DNA of 64,000 nucleotides from an uncultured Gemmatimonadaceae bacterium (lineage in GTDB: Bacteria; Gemmatimonadota; Gemmatimonadetes; Gemmatimonadales; Gemmatimonadaceae), in assembly GCA_963817955.1 (NCBI GenBank), contig CAWFQK010000003.1, forward strand, positions 64,001 to 128,000, written 5' to 3'. Below, one piece after another: positions 9,761 to 18,335 of the stretch (positions are counted from its first letter, which is position 1; the number at the start of each line of letters is the position of its first letter). A program made the translations under genes and the position numbers. The notes under the pieces are model-generated. The model was not told the origin of the DNA. It was given only the letters and a program-made list of their open reading frames with translations, and searched no databases.

Positions 9761-12700
9761 ATGAAGATTCCACGTTCGACGCTATGGGGCGCCGTGATGA
9801 TAGCGGCGTTGTTTGGCGGCGCCACTCGGCTCGCCGCGCAGGGCGTTACGACGGGTGCAGTTAGCGGCACAGTCACGAATGCTCAGGGTCAGGTGATCGA
9901 GGCCGCCCAGGTCCAGATCACCAACCGGAATACCGGTTCCCGGGCAGGCGCAGTAACGCGCGCCGACGGACGGTACTACGTGCAGGGCCTGGAAACGGGC
10001 GGCCCATACGTCGTCAGCGTCCGTCGCATAGGCTATACGCCGCACGACAGCACCATCCAAAAGATCTCGCTTGGCCAGAACGTGCGGCTGGATCTCGTTC
10101 TGCAAACGCAAGCAGCGCAACTCGCGGGCGTTCAAATCGTCTCGGCCACGCCGAGCGCCGTGATTTCATCGTCGCATCAGGGCACGTTGACGACCGTCAC
10201 CGATTCGGCGATCGCGCGCCTTCCAACCCTGAGCCGCAACTTCACCGACTTCGTCGCGCTCACCCCGCAGGTATCGACGAAGGGTCCGGGCAATTCCGGC
10301 GCCGGCCAGAATAACCGCTTCAACGCGATTCAGATCGACGGCGCGGTCGGCAACGACATGTTCGGCCTGAGCTCAACGCTCCAGCCGGGTGGACTCGCCG
10401 ACGCCAAACAGATCTCGCTCGAGGCGGTGAAGGAATACCAGGTACTGCTGTCGCCGTTTGATGTGCGCCAGGGGTACTTCTCCGGTTTCCTGGTGAACGC
10501 CGTCACGAAGAGCGGCTCCAACGAGTTCCACGGCACGAGCACCTACGCATACCGGAGCGAGCAGACGGAGCGCAACGTCCCCTACCTCCGCAGCGCACCC
10601 TTCAACGTGAAGCAGGAAGGCTTCTGGATGGGTGGCCCGATCTTGAAAGACAAGATCTTCTTCTCGGTCGCGCCGGAGTTTCAGCAACGGCAGACGCCGC
10701 AGTCCGGTCCGTACTGGGGCCAGCCGGCCTCGCTCACGCCGCTTCCTGCCATCACGTCGGCGGGCATCGACAGCGTCGTCAGCGTGCTCAAGTCGAAGTA
10801 CGGGTTCACCGACCCGGGTAATGGCAACCTCGTGACCAACGGCAACCCGCTGACGAACATGTTCGCGCGGTTGGACTTCGTGAACCTGCCAGGCAACAGC
10901 CGCCTGGTCGCGCGGTACAACTATGCGGGTGCCCAGAGCGACCAGGGTCTGTCGCGCAGCAATTCGAGTCTCTCGCTCTCGAACGCCGGCTACACCATGC
11001 GGTCGGTCACCAACAGCGGGCTCGCCCAGCTCTTTTCCAACTTCTCCAACGGCAGCTCCAACGAGGCGCTGTTCGGCTACACCACGATTCGCGATAAGCG
11101 CCTGACGCCGATCCAGGCGCCGTTCGTGACGATTTCTCGTATGCAAGACCCGAACAATGGCACCGGGTCGATCAAGGCCGGCACCGAGAACTCCTCACAG
11201 GGCAATGAGCTCGACCAGAACATTCTCGAGATCAGCGACAGCTACACGATTCCGTTGAAGAGTCACCGGATTACGATCGGCACGAAGAACGAGTTTTATA
11301 GCGTGCGGAATTTGTTCTCACAGAATTCCCTCGGCAACTTCACCTTCGGCACGATCGACTCCCTGATCAACAACACCCCGAGCTCGGCGACGTTGGGCAT
11401 CAACATGGACAAGCTCAACGGTCTCACGACCGACGGCGCGGCGCGCTTCCATGCTCGCACGCTGGGTGCCTATATCTCCGATGAATGGCAGCCGAGCGCG
11501 AACCTCGCTGTCACCATGGGAGTGCGGCTGGACATGCCGGGACTCACGGACAGCCCGGGCTTGAACGCCAATATCCAGAATACCCTGGGCATCAACACGA
11601 CCCAGGTGCCGACGAGCGCGAAGGAATGGCAGCCGCGTCTCGGGTTCAACTGGGATATGACCGGCGATCAGGTCAATCAACTTCGCGGCGGATCGGGGTA
11701 CTTCATGTCGCAGCCCGCGTACGTATGGTTGAGCAATCTGTTCGGCAACTCTGGCGTGAACGGATACGGCAACCTCACGTGCTCCGGTATGTCGGCCGCT
11801 CCGGCGATGCCGAACGCCGGATCGCCCATCGCCACCAACTGCAAGAACTCGACGGGTTCACCGGCCGTGACGGTCAATACCGTTGACCCGAACCTCAAGT
11901 TCCCCGAGGTCTGGCGCAGCACCCTCGGGTACGATCGCCGGCTTCCCTGGAACGTGATCGCGACCGTTGAAGGCATGTACACACGTTCCGTGTACAACTT
12001 CTACTATCAGAACATCGGCATGGTCGCCAACCCGATCGGACAGGACATCCACGGTCGCCAACTCTACGGCGACATCACGTCGGCCACCAGCAACATGGTC
12101 GTCTCCCGGCGCCCGATCCCCGGAACGACGCAATTCCTCGGCGACGTCATCAACCTCTCGAACACCGCCACGAAGGACTACTCGTACAACTTCACGGGCA
12201 CCCTGCAGAAGCGGTTCTCGAACTCGTTCGAGGGTTCGGCCTCGTATATCTACGGACACGCGTACGACGTCTACGATCTCACGTCTTCGGTCGCGTACTC
12301 CAACTGGTCGTACGGCCGATCGTACGCCGGTCGTCAGGACGCGCAGGAGTTGGCGTACTCGAAGTGGGACTCGCCACATCGGTTCGTCGTCTCTGGGACC
12401 TATAGCTTGCCGACCAAGACCGACCTGTCGATGACCTTCTTCGCCGATGCAGGAACGCCGTTCGAGTATATCTACAACAACGACATGAACGGCGATGGCT
12501 CATACGGCAACGATCTGGTGTACGTGCCGACCAATGCGCACACGGCGAGCGAAATTCAGTTCTCGCAGAACGGGAACCTGACGCCGGCCATGCAGGCCGA
12601 TTCGTTGGAGAATTTCATTTCCTCGCACGACTGCCTGAACTCGCAGCGCGGCACGATCATGAAGCGCAATTCCTGTCGGACGCCGTGGACCAAGTCCATG

Positions 12701-12997
12701 AACCTGTCGGCTCGGCAGTCGCTCAGCACGATCGGCGCGCAGCACTTCATTCTGCAGGTTGACGTGTTCAACTTCCTCAACCTGTTGAACAAGAATTGGG
12801 GTGCGCAGGATCTCGGCAGCACCAATAGCCCGTATCTCCTGAACCGGCGCTCGTACGTGCAGCCCACCACCGGCCAGCCGATGAAGGTCGCGAGTGGCGC
12901 GACGCCGGTGTTCAACTACTCGAACTTCAACCAGTTCAACACGAATAACGCCGCGTCGAACTACGCGCTACAATTTCAGCTCAAGTACACGTTCTGA
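9761..12997 (+). CDS. TonB-dependent receptor, Oar-like, with N-terminal carboxypeptidase-regulatory-like domain
   Basis: Signal peptide, LPTLSRNFTDF, NAVTKSGSNEFHG, PRLGFNWD, C-terminal LKYTF; GAGGA before ATG 9761. Confidence 0.92.
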   Translation: MKIPRSTLWGAVMIAALFGGATRLAAQGVTTGAVSGTVTNAQGQVIEAAQVQITNRNTGSRAGAVTRADGRYYVQGLETGGPYVVSVRRIGYTPHDSTIQKISLGQNVRLDLVLQTQAAQLAGVQIVSATPSAVISSSHQGTLTTVTDSAIARLPTLSRNFTDFVALTPQVSTKGPGNSGAGQNNRFNAIQIDGAVGNDMFGLSSTLQPGGLADAKQISLEAVKEYQVLLSPFDVRQGYFSGFLVNAVTKSGSNEFHGTSTYAYRSEQTERNVPYLRSAPFNVKQEGFWMGGPILKDKIFFSVAPEFQQRQTPQSGPYWGQPASLTPLPAITSAGIDSVVSVLKSKYGFTDPGNGNLVTNGNPLTNMFARLDFVNLPGNSRLVARYNYAGAQSDQGLSRSNSSLSLSNAGYTMRSVTNSGLAQLFSNFSNGSSNEALFGYTTIRDKRLTPIQAPFVTISRMQDPNNGTGSIKAGTENSSQGNELDQNILEISDSYTIPLKSHRITIGTKNEFYSVRNLFSQNSLGNFTFGTIDSLINNTPSSATLGINMDKLNGLTTDGAARFHARTLGAYISDEWQPSANLAVTMGVRLDMPGLTDSPGLNANIQNTLGINTTQVPTSAKEWQPRLGFNWDMTGDQVNQLRGGSGYFMSQPAYVWLSNLFGNSGVNGYGNLTCSGMSAAPAMPNAGSPIATNCKNSTGSPAVTVNTVDPNLKFPEVWRSTLGYDRRLPWNVIATVEGMYTRSVYNFYYQNIGMVANPIGQDIHGRQLYGDITSATSNMVVSRRPIPGTTQFLGDVINLSNTATKDYSYNFTGTLQKRFSNSFEGSASYIYGHAYDVYDLTSSVAYSNWSYGRSYAGRQDAQELAYSKWDSPHRFVVSGTYSLPTKTDLSMTFFADAGTPFEYIYNNDMNGDGSYGNDLVYVPTNAHTASEIQFSQNGNLTPAMQADSLENFISSHDCLNSQRGTIMKRNSCRTPWTKSMNLSARQSLSTIGAQHFILQVDVFNFLNLLNKNWGAQDLGSTNSPYLLNRRSYVQPTTGQPMKVASGATPVFNYSNFNQFNTNNAASNYALQFQLKYTF

Positions 12998-13011
12998 GAA
13001 CCTGATGGAAC

Positions 13012-13050
13012 AAGAGACGGGGCTGCCGACCAGGCAGCCCCGTTTTTTTC
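13012..13050 (+). terminator. Intrinsic terminator
   Basis: ACGGGGCTGCC-GACCA-GGCAGCCCCGT followed by T run. Confidence 0.88.
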
Positions 13051-13088
13051 TGTTCATGAACTCCGGCACGACGTCCGGATGATCCATT

Positions 13089-13487
13089 TCACGGACGCTT
13101 GGCTCCCACGCTTGCGGTAATGACGGACTTGATACCGCCACGAATGTTGAAGTCGCCGACAATTTCCATCCAACGCGGTTTTGCCGCCGTCGCCAAGTCG
13201 TCGAGTATGCGATTCACGGCGCGCTCGTAGAAGATGCCGTCGTCGCGGAAGCTCCATAGGTAGAGCTTGAGGCTCTTCAGCTCGAGGCAGACATCGTCCG
13301 GGACATAGGTGATGTAGATCGTCCCGAAATCCGGCGCGCCGCCGCTGAGAACGCGTAGCTCGTCGGCATCACTCTCGATGCCGCCGAGCGGGCAGAGCGA
13401 CGTGAACTCAGGGCACTCCATGGCGATCTCGTAATCGCGTCCGGGATAAGGGTTCGGGAAGGTTTCGAGGATTTCTGGTTTGGGCAT
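13089..13487 (-). CDS. queF: NADPH-dependent preQ0 reductase QueF (type I) with loop insertion
   Basis: LETFPNP, PEFTSLCP, PDFG, ELKSLKLYLWSFR, RGGI. Confidence 0.9.
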   Translation of the reverse strand: MPKPEILETFPNPYPGRDYEIAMECPEFTSLCPLGGIESDADELRVLSGGAPDFGTIYITYVPDDVCLELKSLKLYLWSFRDDGIFYERAVNRILDDLATAAKPRWMEIVGDFNIRGGIKSVITASVGAKRP

Positions 13488-13498
13488 TGGGCGGGGAG

Positions 13499-13549
13499 CG
13501 AGACACGAGACAACGGGACACGGGACACGGGACACGTGACACGGGACAC
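13499..13549. repeat. CACGRGA heptamer tract directly upstream of queF
   Basis: About 7 tandem copies. Confidence 0.85.
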
Positions 13550-13558
13550 TGATACTCT

Positions 13559-13593
13559 AAAGAAAGAGCCCCCCTGGGCTACGCCAGGGGGGC
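13559..13593 (-). terminator. Intrinsic terminator upstream of queF
   Basis: GCCCCCCTGG-CGTAGC-CCAGGGGGGC-TCTTTCTTT on minus strand. Confidence 0.8.
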
Positions 13594-13711
13594 AAGACCG
13601 CCACGCCGTTCTCGCGGCGGCAATGACCAGCGCATAGCGCCAGCCCATCCTCAATATGAAGCGTGGTACAGGGCGCCGCCAGAGCGTTCTTGTGATGGGC
13701 TCGCTGACTTC

Positions 13712-14629
13712 TTAATTCCTGTCCGTTCTGAACTTTTTCGACATCTCCTCCAGCACCGTCCGCTCTTCAGTCGTCAGGCTCTCGATGCCCTCTTCGGAGA
13801 TCTTGTCGAGTACGCGGTTGAGCTCGTCGGGCTTGGGCTGATGTCGCTGTGGCGACGGGGCGAGAGACGCGACGCGCTGTGAGGCAATCGCTTTGCTCTT
13901 TGCCACGATGTCGTCCACTTCGTCGCCCCGCTCTCGCCGCGGCATGTTGCGCGGAATGGCGCGGGGCGGCTCGTCGGCGTCGGGAAGATTGGCTACCCGC
14001 TGGCGCACGTGGTCCATGCTGGTCGACATCGCCATGCGCACGTAGATGTAGCCGACGATCGCGCCGCCGATGTGGGCGAAGTAGGCGATGTTCGTCCCCT
14101 CGGTGGTGCCGAGAATGCCAAGCACGAGGTTGAACAGCACCAGGCCGACAACCAGCGTACGCACGCGCATGGGCACGACGAACATCAGGTACACCTCGTC
14201 GTCGGGCCACTGCATGGCGTAGGCGGTCATCACACCGAATACGGCAGCCGAGGCGCCGACGATCTGGCCGCCACGCATGAACAGCATCTCGAACGCGACA
14301 CCGCCGAAACCGCAGATGAGATAGAACCAGGTAAAACGGCGGTTGCCCCAGGCATGCTCCACGCGCGGACCAAAGAGGTACAAGCCATACATGTTAGCCG
14401 CGAGGTGCCACAAACCGGCATGGACGAACACGTACGTGATCGGCGACCACCAGTGGCCGGGCAGCGCCAGACTATCGAAGCCGAACCAAGCGGCCATGTC
14501 GCCGTAGCCTACCACAGTCATCTGCAGGAAGCTCACCGCGACGTTGATCGCGATGAGCGCCTGTACGGCGTGAGTCTGCCGAGGCGGGTCCTGCTCGAAT
14601 GTTCTTGGTGCGGCGGCCGGATACGACAT
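13712..14629 (-). CDS. Rhomboid family intramembrane serine protease with soluble C-terminal domain
   Basis: HAGLWHLAAN, GASAA, AHIGG; C-terminal LDKISEEGIESLT. Confidence 0.92.
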   Translation of the reverse strand: MSYPAAAPRTFEQDPPRQTHAVQALIAINVAVSFLQMTVVGYGDMAAWFGFDSLALPGHWWSPITYVFVHAGLWHLAANMYGLYLFGPRVEHAWGNRRFTWFYLICGFGGVAFEMLFMRGGQIVGASAAVFGVMTAYAMQWPDDEVYLMFVVPMRVRTLVVGLVLFNLVLGILGTTEGTNIAYFAHIGGAIVGYIYVRMAMSTSMDHVRQRVANLPDADEPPRAIPRNMPRRERGDEVDDIVAKSKAIASQRVASLAPSPQRHQPKPDELNRVLDKISEEGIESLTTEERTVLEEMSKKFRTDRN

Positions 14630-14704
14630 ACGTCCTACTATACCGATGAAAGGGCTGCTCTAACTAACGACTTGGAGAGAGGGGTTCCGGTCACCGCATC
14701 GCAC

Positions 14705-15361
14705 TCAGCGCATTCCAGTTGGAGGAGGTAACCGCAGCGCGAAACGCACATCGCCGTGCAGCGCCGCCAACCGCTCAAACAAGACGGTCCAGCGGCGATC
14801 GCGATCTACGGGGGTTCCGGTACTCGGATGCACCACTATGGCCGTTTCCGGGCTGATGGCATGCGCACGTTCTACTACCCGCAACAGCTGAGAATCGCTC
14901 GTCCGTTCATCCGGGCAGACGACCAGGGCATGCTGGACGCCGGATTTCGCCGCCACTTGAACAGACTCGAATGCTCGATCGGCCAACGCTTCGATCATTG
15001 GGCCCTCGAGTGTCACCTGAACCAACCTGAGAAATTTGCTCAGGCCCGCAAGCTCGGCTGGGCGCTGACCGTCGCCGTCGAGCATCACCGGCAGCGGCGA
15101 CTCCGCCCGGTCGAACACGGCGGAGAGGTACTCGACATTGGCGAGCGGATCGCGCCCGGAGACCGAGATCGAGTGGAACGACGAGCGCGTCATGGCACGG
15201 CGAATCTGGTTCACCAGTGCGTCAGCCGTGTACATCGTCGCCGTCTCGGCTTCCGCGGCGAAACGCAAGAACAGCTGGCGACGGCCAGCCCACAGACCCT
15301 GCGCCTGCAATCCTGCCGGGATCCCTGCCAGCGCGGCAGTAGGACCCCCTACCTGAGTCAT
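14705..15361 (-). CDS. QueE-like (radical-SAM fold) protein lacking the CxxxCxxC motif
   Basis: LQAQGLWAGRRQLFLRF, SVSGRDPL and MLDGDG line up by eye with QueE IQGEG..G...FVR, TGGEPL and LETNG; ATGA overlap with ddl stop. Confidence 0.65.
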   Translation of the reverse strand: MTQVGGPTAALAGIPAGLQAQGLWAGRRQLFLRFAAEAETATMYTADALVNQIRRAMTRSSFHSISVSGRDPLANVEYLSAVFDRAESPLPVMLDGDGQRPAELAGLSKFLRLVQVTLEGPMIEALADRAFESVQVAAKSGVQHALVVCPDERTSDSQLLRVVERAHAISPETAIVVHPSTGTPVDRDRRWTVLFERLAALHGDVRFALRLPPPTGMR

Positions 15362-16377
15362 GTTGCGCCTCCCCTCATCTCGAGCGCAAGCTGGACGATG
15401 CGGTCGCACAAATCGACAAAGGATATCCCGGCTGCGGCGGCGGCCTGCGGAATGAGACTGGTTTGGGTCATGCCGGGCAGCGTGTTTGCTTCCAGACAGT
15501 GGAAATTTCCGTCGGCGGACAGGCGGAAATCGATGCGCGCGCACCCTCTGAGCTTGAGTGCTCGAAAGGCTTTCCGTGCCTCCTGCTGCACTTGAGCCGC
15601 TTCCTGCACCGTGAGCTCGGCGGGGAACCGTTCGTCGGCCATGCCAGCCGTGTACTTGCACTCGTAGTCGTAAATCACGTGCTTTGGGATGATTTCGCCA
15701 ACGGGAAGCGCTTCGCCACCCAGTATTCCTACGGTCAGCTCGCGTCCAGCGATGAATCGCTCGATGATCACTTCATCGTCGAATTTGAACGCCTCGTCGA
15801 TCGCCGGTTGCAGCTCCGCGGGCTCCCGTACAATAGACAGCCCCACGGTCGATCCCTGCTTCGACGGCTTGACGATCACCGGAAACCCAAGCGCCGAACG
15901 CACTTCGTCCACGGTCGCCGGAGCCATCAGCCAGTCGGGCGTCATGACCCCCGCCTGACGGAACAGCTGCTTGGAGACTTCCTTGTCCATCGCCAACGCG
16001 CTGGAGAGGTGGCCACTTCCAGTGTACGGGACGCCAATGACGTCGAGCAGTGACTGGATGGTGCCGTCCTCGCCCGTGCCGCCGTGGAGCCCAATGAAGA
16101 CCACGTCGGCCTCTCCGGCTCGCGGCAGGTTACTCACCAGGCGCGGCAGCGACTCGCGTTTCATCTCGCGCAGTGCCTCTTCCGACGGCGGGGCCGTCTG
16201 GACGACACTATCGGTCGCCAACCGATGCTGCTCTTCATCGCCGATCGGCCCGCGCGCCGGATCGACGACGGTCACGACATGCCCCTTGGATCGCAACGCG
16301 GCGGCGACACGAATGCCGGACGCGAGGGATACATCGCGCTCGGAAGAGGTCCCGCCCATGAGGAGCGTAATGCGCAT
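15358..16377 (-). CDS. ddl: D-alanine--D-alanine ligase
   Basis: GGTSSERDVSL, LHGGTGEDG, VKPSKQGSTVG, EANTLPGMT. Confidence 0.95.
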   Translation of the reverse strand: MRITLLMGGTSSERDVSLASGIRVAAALRSKGHVVTVVDPARGPIGDEEQHRLATDSVVQTAPPSEEALREMKRESLPRLVSNLPRAGEADVVFIGLHGGTGEDGTIQSLLDVIGVPYTGSGHLSSALAMDKEVSKQLFRQAGVMTPDWLMAPATVDEVRSALGFPVIVKPSKQGSTVGLSIVREPAELQPAIDEAFKFDDEVIIERFIAGRELTVGILGGEALPVGEIIPKHVIYDYECKYTAGMADERFPAELTVQEAAQVQQEARKAFRALKLRGCARIDFRLSADGNFHCLEANTLPGMTQTSLIPQAAAAAGISFVDLCDRIVQLALEMRGGAT

Positions 16378-16413
16378 CAGTGTGTCCCGTGTCCCGTGTC
16401 CCGTGTGGCTCTC

Positions 16414-17811
16414 TTATCTCGCCATGAGATAGTTCAACATGTCCGACCGCGTGACGATGCCTTGCAACGTACCGTTGTCGCGGACAAGGACCGCGGGGTT
16501 CGACTTCGACAGCAGCTTGGCGACGACGTCAACCGGTTGTCCCATGTCGATCACGGGAAAGGGCGCGTCCATCACCTGGCTCACGGTGGCGTCGAGTGTC
16601 TTCGTATCATCGAGACTCTTCGCTGACAGCGACCAGTCGCTGACCGAGCCAACACAGTTCGTGCCATCCATGACCGGAAGCTGTGAGACGTCATGCAACG
16701 ACATGAGGCGCAGCGCTTGGCGGACCGTGGTACCGGCTGCGACGCTCACGATGTGCGGCGTGTCGCCATCTTCGTGCCGTTTTGCGTGGAGCACGGACTC
16801 CAGCGTCGAGCGATCGGCATCAAGCAGTTGGTTCTCGCGCATCCATTCGTCGTTGTACAGCTTCGACAGGTACCGCTCGCCCGTATCAGGGACTGCGGCG
16901 ACAACCAGAGCGTTCTGGTCGTCGATACGGCGCGCGAGGTGCAGCGCGACGTGGACGATCAGTCCGCTCGATCCGCCGACGAACAAGCCCTCCTCGCGGG
17001 TGAGTCGGCGCGCCATGGCGAACGCCTCCTTGTCGCTCACCGTCATGAAGTCGTCGATGAGTCCCATGTCGAGCGTGCCGGGCACCTTATCCTGGCCAAT
17101 GCCTTCGATCTTGTACGGCGTGCCCTCGGGGTGGCCCTCACCTTTCGTACGCCACATCTCGGCGAGAATGGACCCGACCGGATCGCCAGCGACGATCTGG
17201 ACCTTGGGATTCTTCTCCTTCAGGTAGCGAGCGACGCCAGTCAGCGTGCCGCCAGTGCCCGCGGCATACACGAAGTGCGTGACGCGCCCCTCGGTCTGCT
17301 CCCAGATTTCCGGGCCGGTGGTGTCGTAGTGGGCCTGGGGATTCGCTTCGTTGTAAAACTGGTTCGCGAGGACCGCGTTCGGGGTCTCGTGTGCGATGCG
17401 CTTGGCCATCATGACGTAGTTGTCAGGATGATCTGGCGGCACCGCGGTGGGCGTGATGATCACCTCGGCGCCGAATGCCTTGAGCAGGCGCACCTTCTCC
17501 TGCGACATCTTGTCCGGCATGGTGAAAATGCACTTGTAGCCCTTGAGCGCAGCGGCCAGGGCCAGCCCGACGCCCGTGTTGCCGCTCGTGCCTTCGACGA
17601 TCGTGCCGCCGGGTTTGAGCCGTCCCTCACGCTCGGCCTGCGCGATGATCGGGCCGCCGATGCGGTCCTTGATCGAGCCACCGGGATTGAAGAACTCCGC
17701 CTTGGCGTACACCGGCGTGCGGATGCCGCGCGTCACCTTGTTGAGGCGAATGAGCGGCGTCCAGCCGATCAGGTCGAGCACGGACTCGTACGGCTTGCGG
17801 TTGCGCTCCAT
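16414..17811 (-). CDS. Cystathionine beta-synthase with C-terminal CBS domains
   Basis: NPGGSIKDR, TSGNTG, GTGGT, DTGERYLSK, CBS pair. Confidence 0.9.
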   Translation of the reverse strand: MERNRKPYESVLDLIGWTPLIRLNKVTRGIRTPVYAKAEFFNPGGSIKDRIGGPIIAQAEREGRLKPGGTIVEGTSGNTGVGLALAAALKGYKCIFTMPDKMSQEKVRLLKAFGAEVIITPTAVPPDHPDNYVMMAKRIAHETPNAVLANQFYNEANPQAHYDTTGPEIWEQTEGRVTHFVYAAGTGGTLTGVARYLKEKNPKVQIVAGDPVGSILAEMWRTKGEGHPEGTPYKIEGIGQDKVPGTLDMGLIDDFMTVSDKEAFAMARRLTREEGLFVGGSSGLIVHVALHLARRIDDQNALVVAAVPDTGERYLSKLYNDEWMRENQLLDADRSTLESVLHAKRHEDGDTPHIVSVAAGTTVRQALRLMSLHDVSQLPVMDGTNCVGSVSDWSLSAKSLDDTKTLDATVSQVMDAPFPVIDMGQPVDVVAKLLSKSNPAVLVRDNGTLQGIVTRSDMLNYLMAR

Positions 17812-17848
17812 ATGCTTTCTTAAATGGGATATCGTTGATTGTCGGCCA

Positions 17849-18307
17849 TCAGGCCCCGTCCGAGCCGCGCTTGGCCGACCGCAGCACGCTATCACCGGGA
17901 AGCGGGCGTGCCTCGGGGTGGCGGAAGTACACTGGAAACAGTATCGAGACGGGAATCGGCTCGCCATGCAGCTTTGCAGGCACGAAGTGCAGCGCCTGCG
18001 ATCCCTGGAGTGCCGCCGAGTCGAGCGCCGGATAGCCGCTGCGCTCGTCGACGAGTGTCGAGTCTGCGAGCACCCGGCCGTCGCGGTCGATGAACAGCTT
18101 CAGCGTGACATTGCCCTGGACCTTGCGTGCGTACAACGCCGCCGGGTACCGGAAGGGCAGCTGAGCATTGACGAGGGCCGGCATCTCGTCGGGACGCGGA
18201 TCTGGGGCGCGCGCCGGCGTCTCGGACGCCCCAGCCTCCTTCGCCGATCCTTTGCACCCGACGGTCAACAGGAGGGCGAGAACCGGAAGAAGCATCGGGC
18301 GGGGCAT
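17849..18307 (-). CDS. TonB C-terminal domain lipoprotein
   Basis: Lipobox LTVGC, YPAAL..KVQGNV, SGYPALDSAAL. Confidence 0.85.
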   Translation of the reverse strand: MPRPMLLPVLALLLTVGCKGSAKEAGASETPARAPDPRPDEMPALVNAQLPFRYPAALYARKVQGNVTLKLFIDRDGRVLADSTLVDERSGYPALDSAALQGSQALHFVPAKLHGEPIPVSILFPVYFRHPEARPLPGDSVLRSAKRGSDGA

Positions 18308-18335
18308 GCACGGAAATCTAAGTCCGGCCCCCTCT

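Noticed and set aside
13559..13700. 6S RNA, SRP RNA or known preQ1 riboswitch
   Set aside because: No SRP GGAA-loop motif, no long rod with central bubble, no preQ1-I A-rich tail; kept only as an unknown structured RNA
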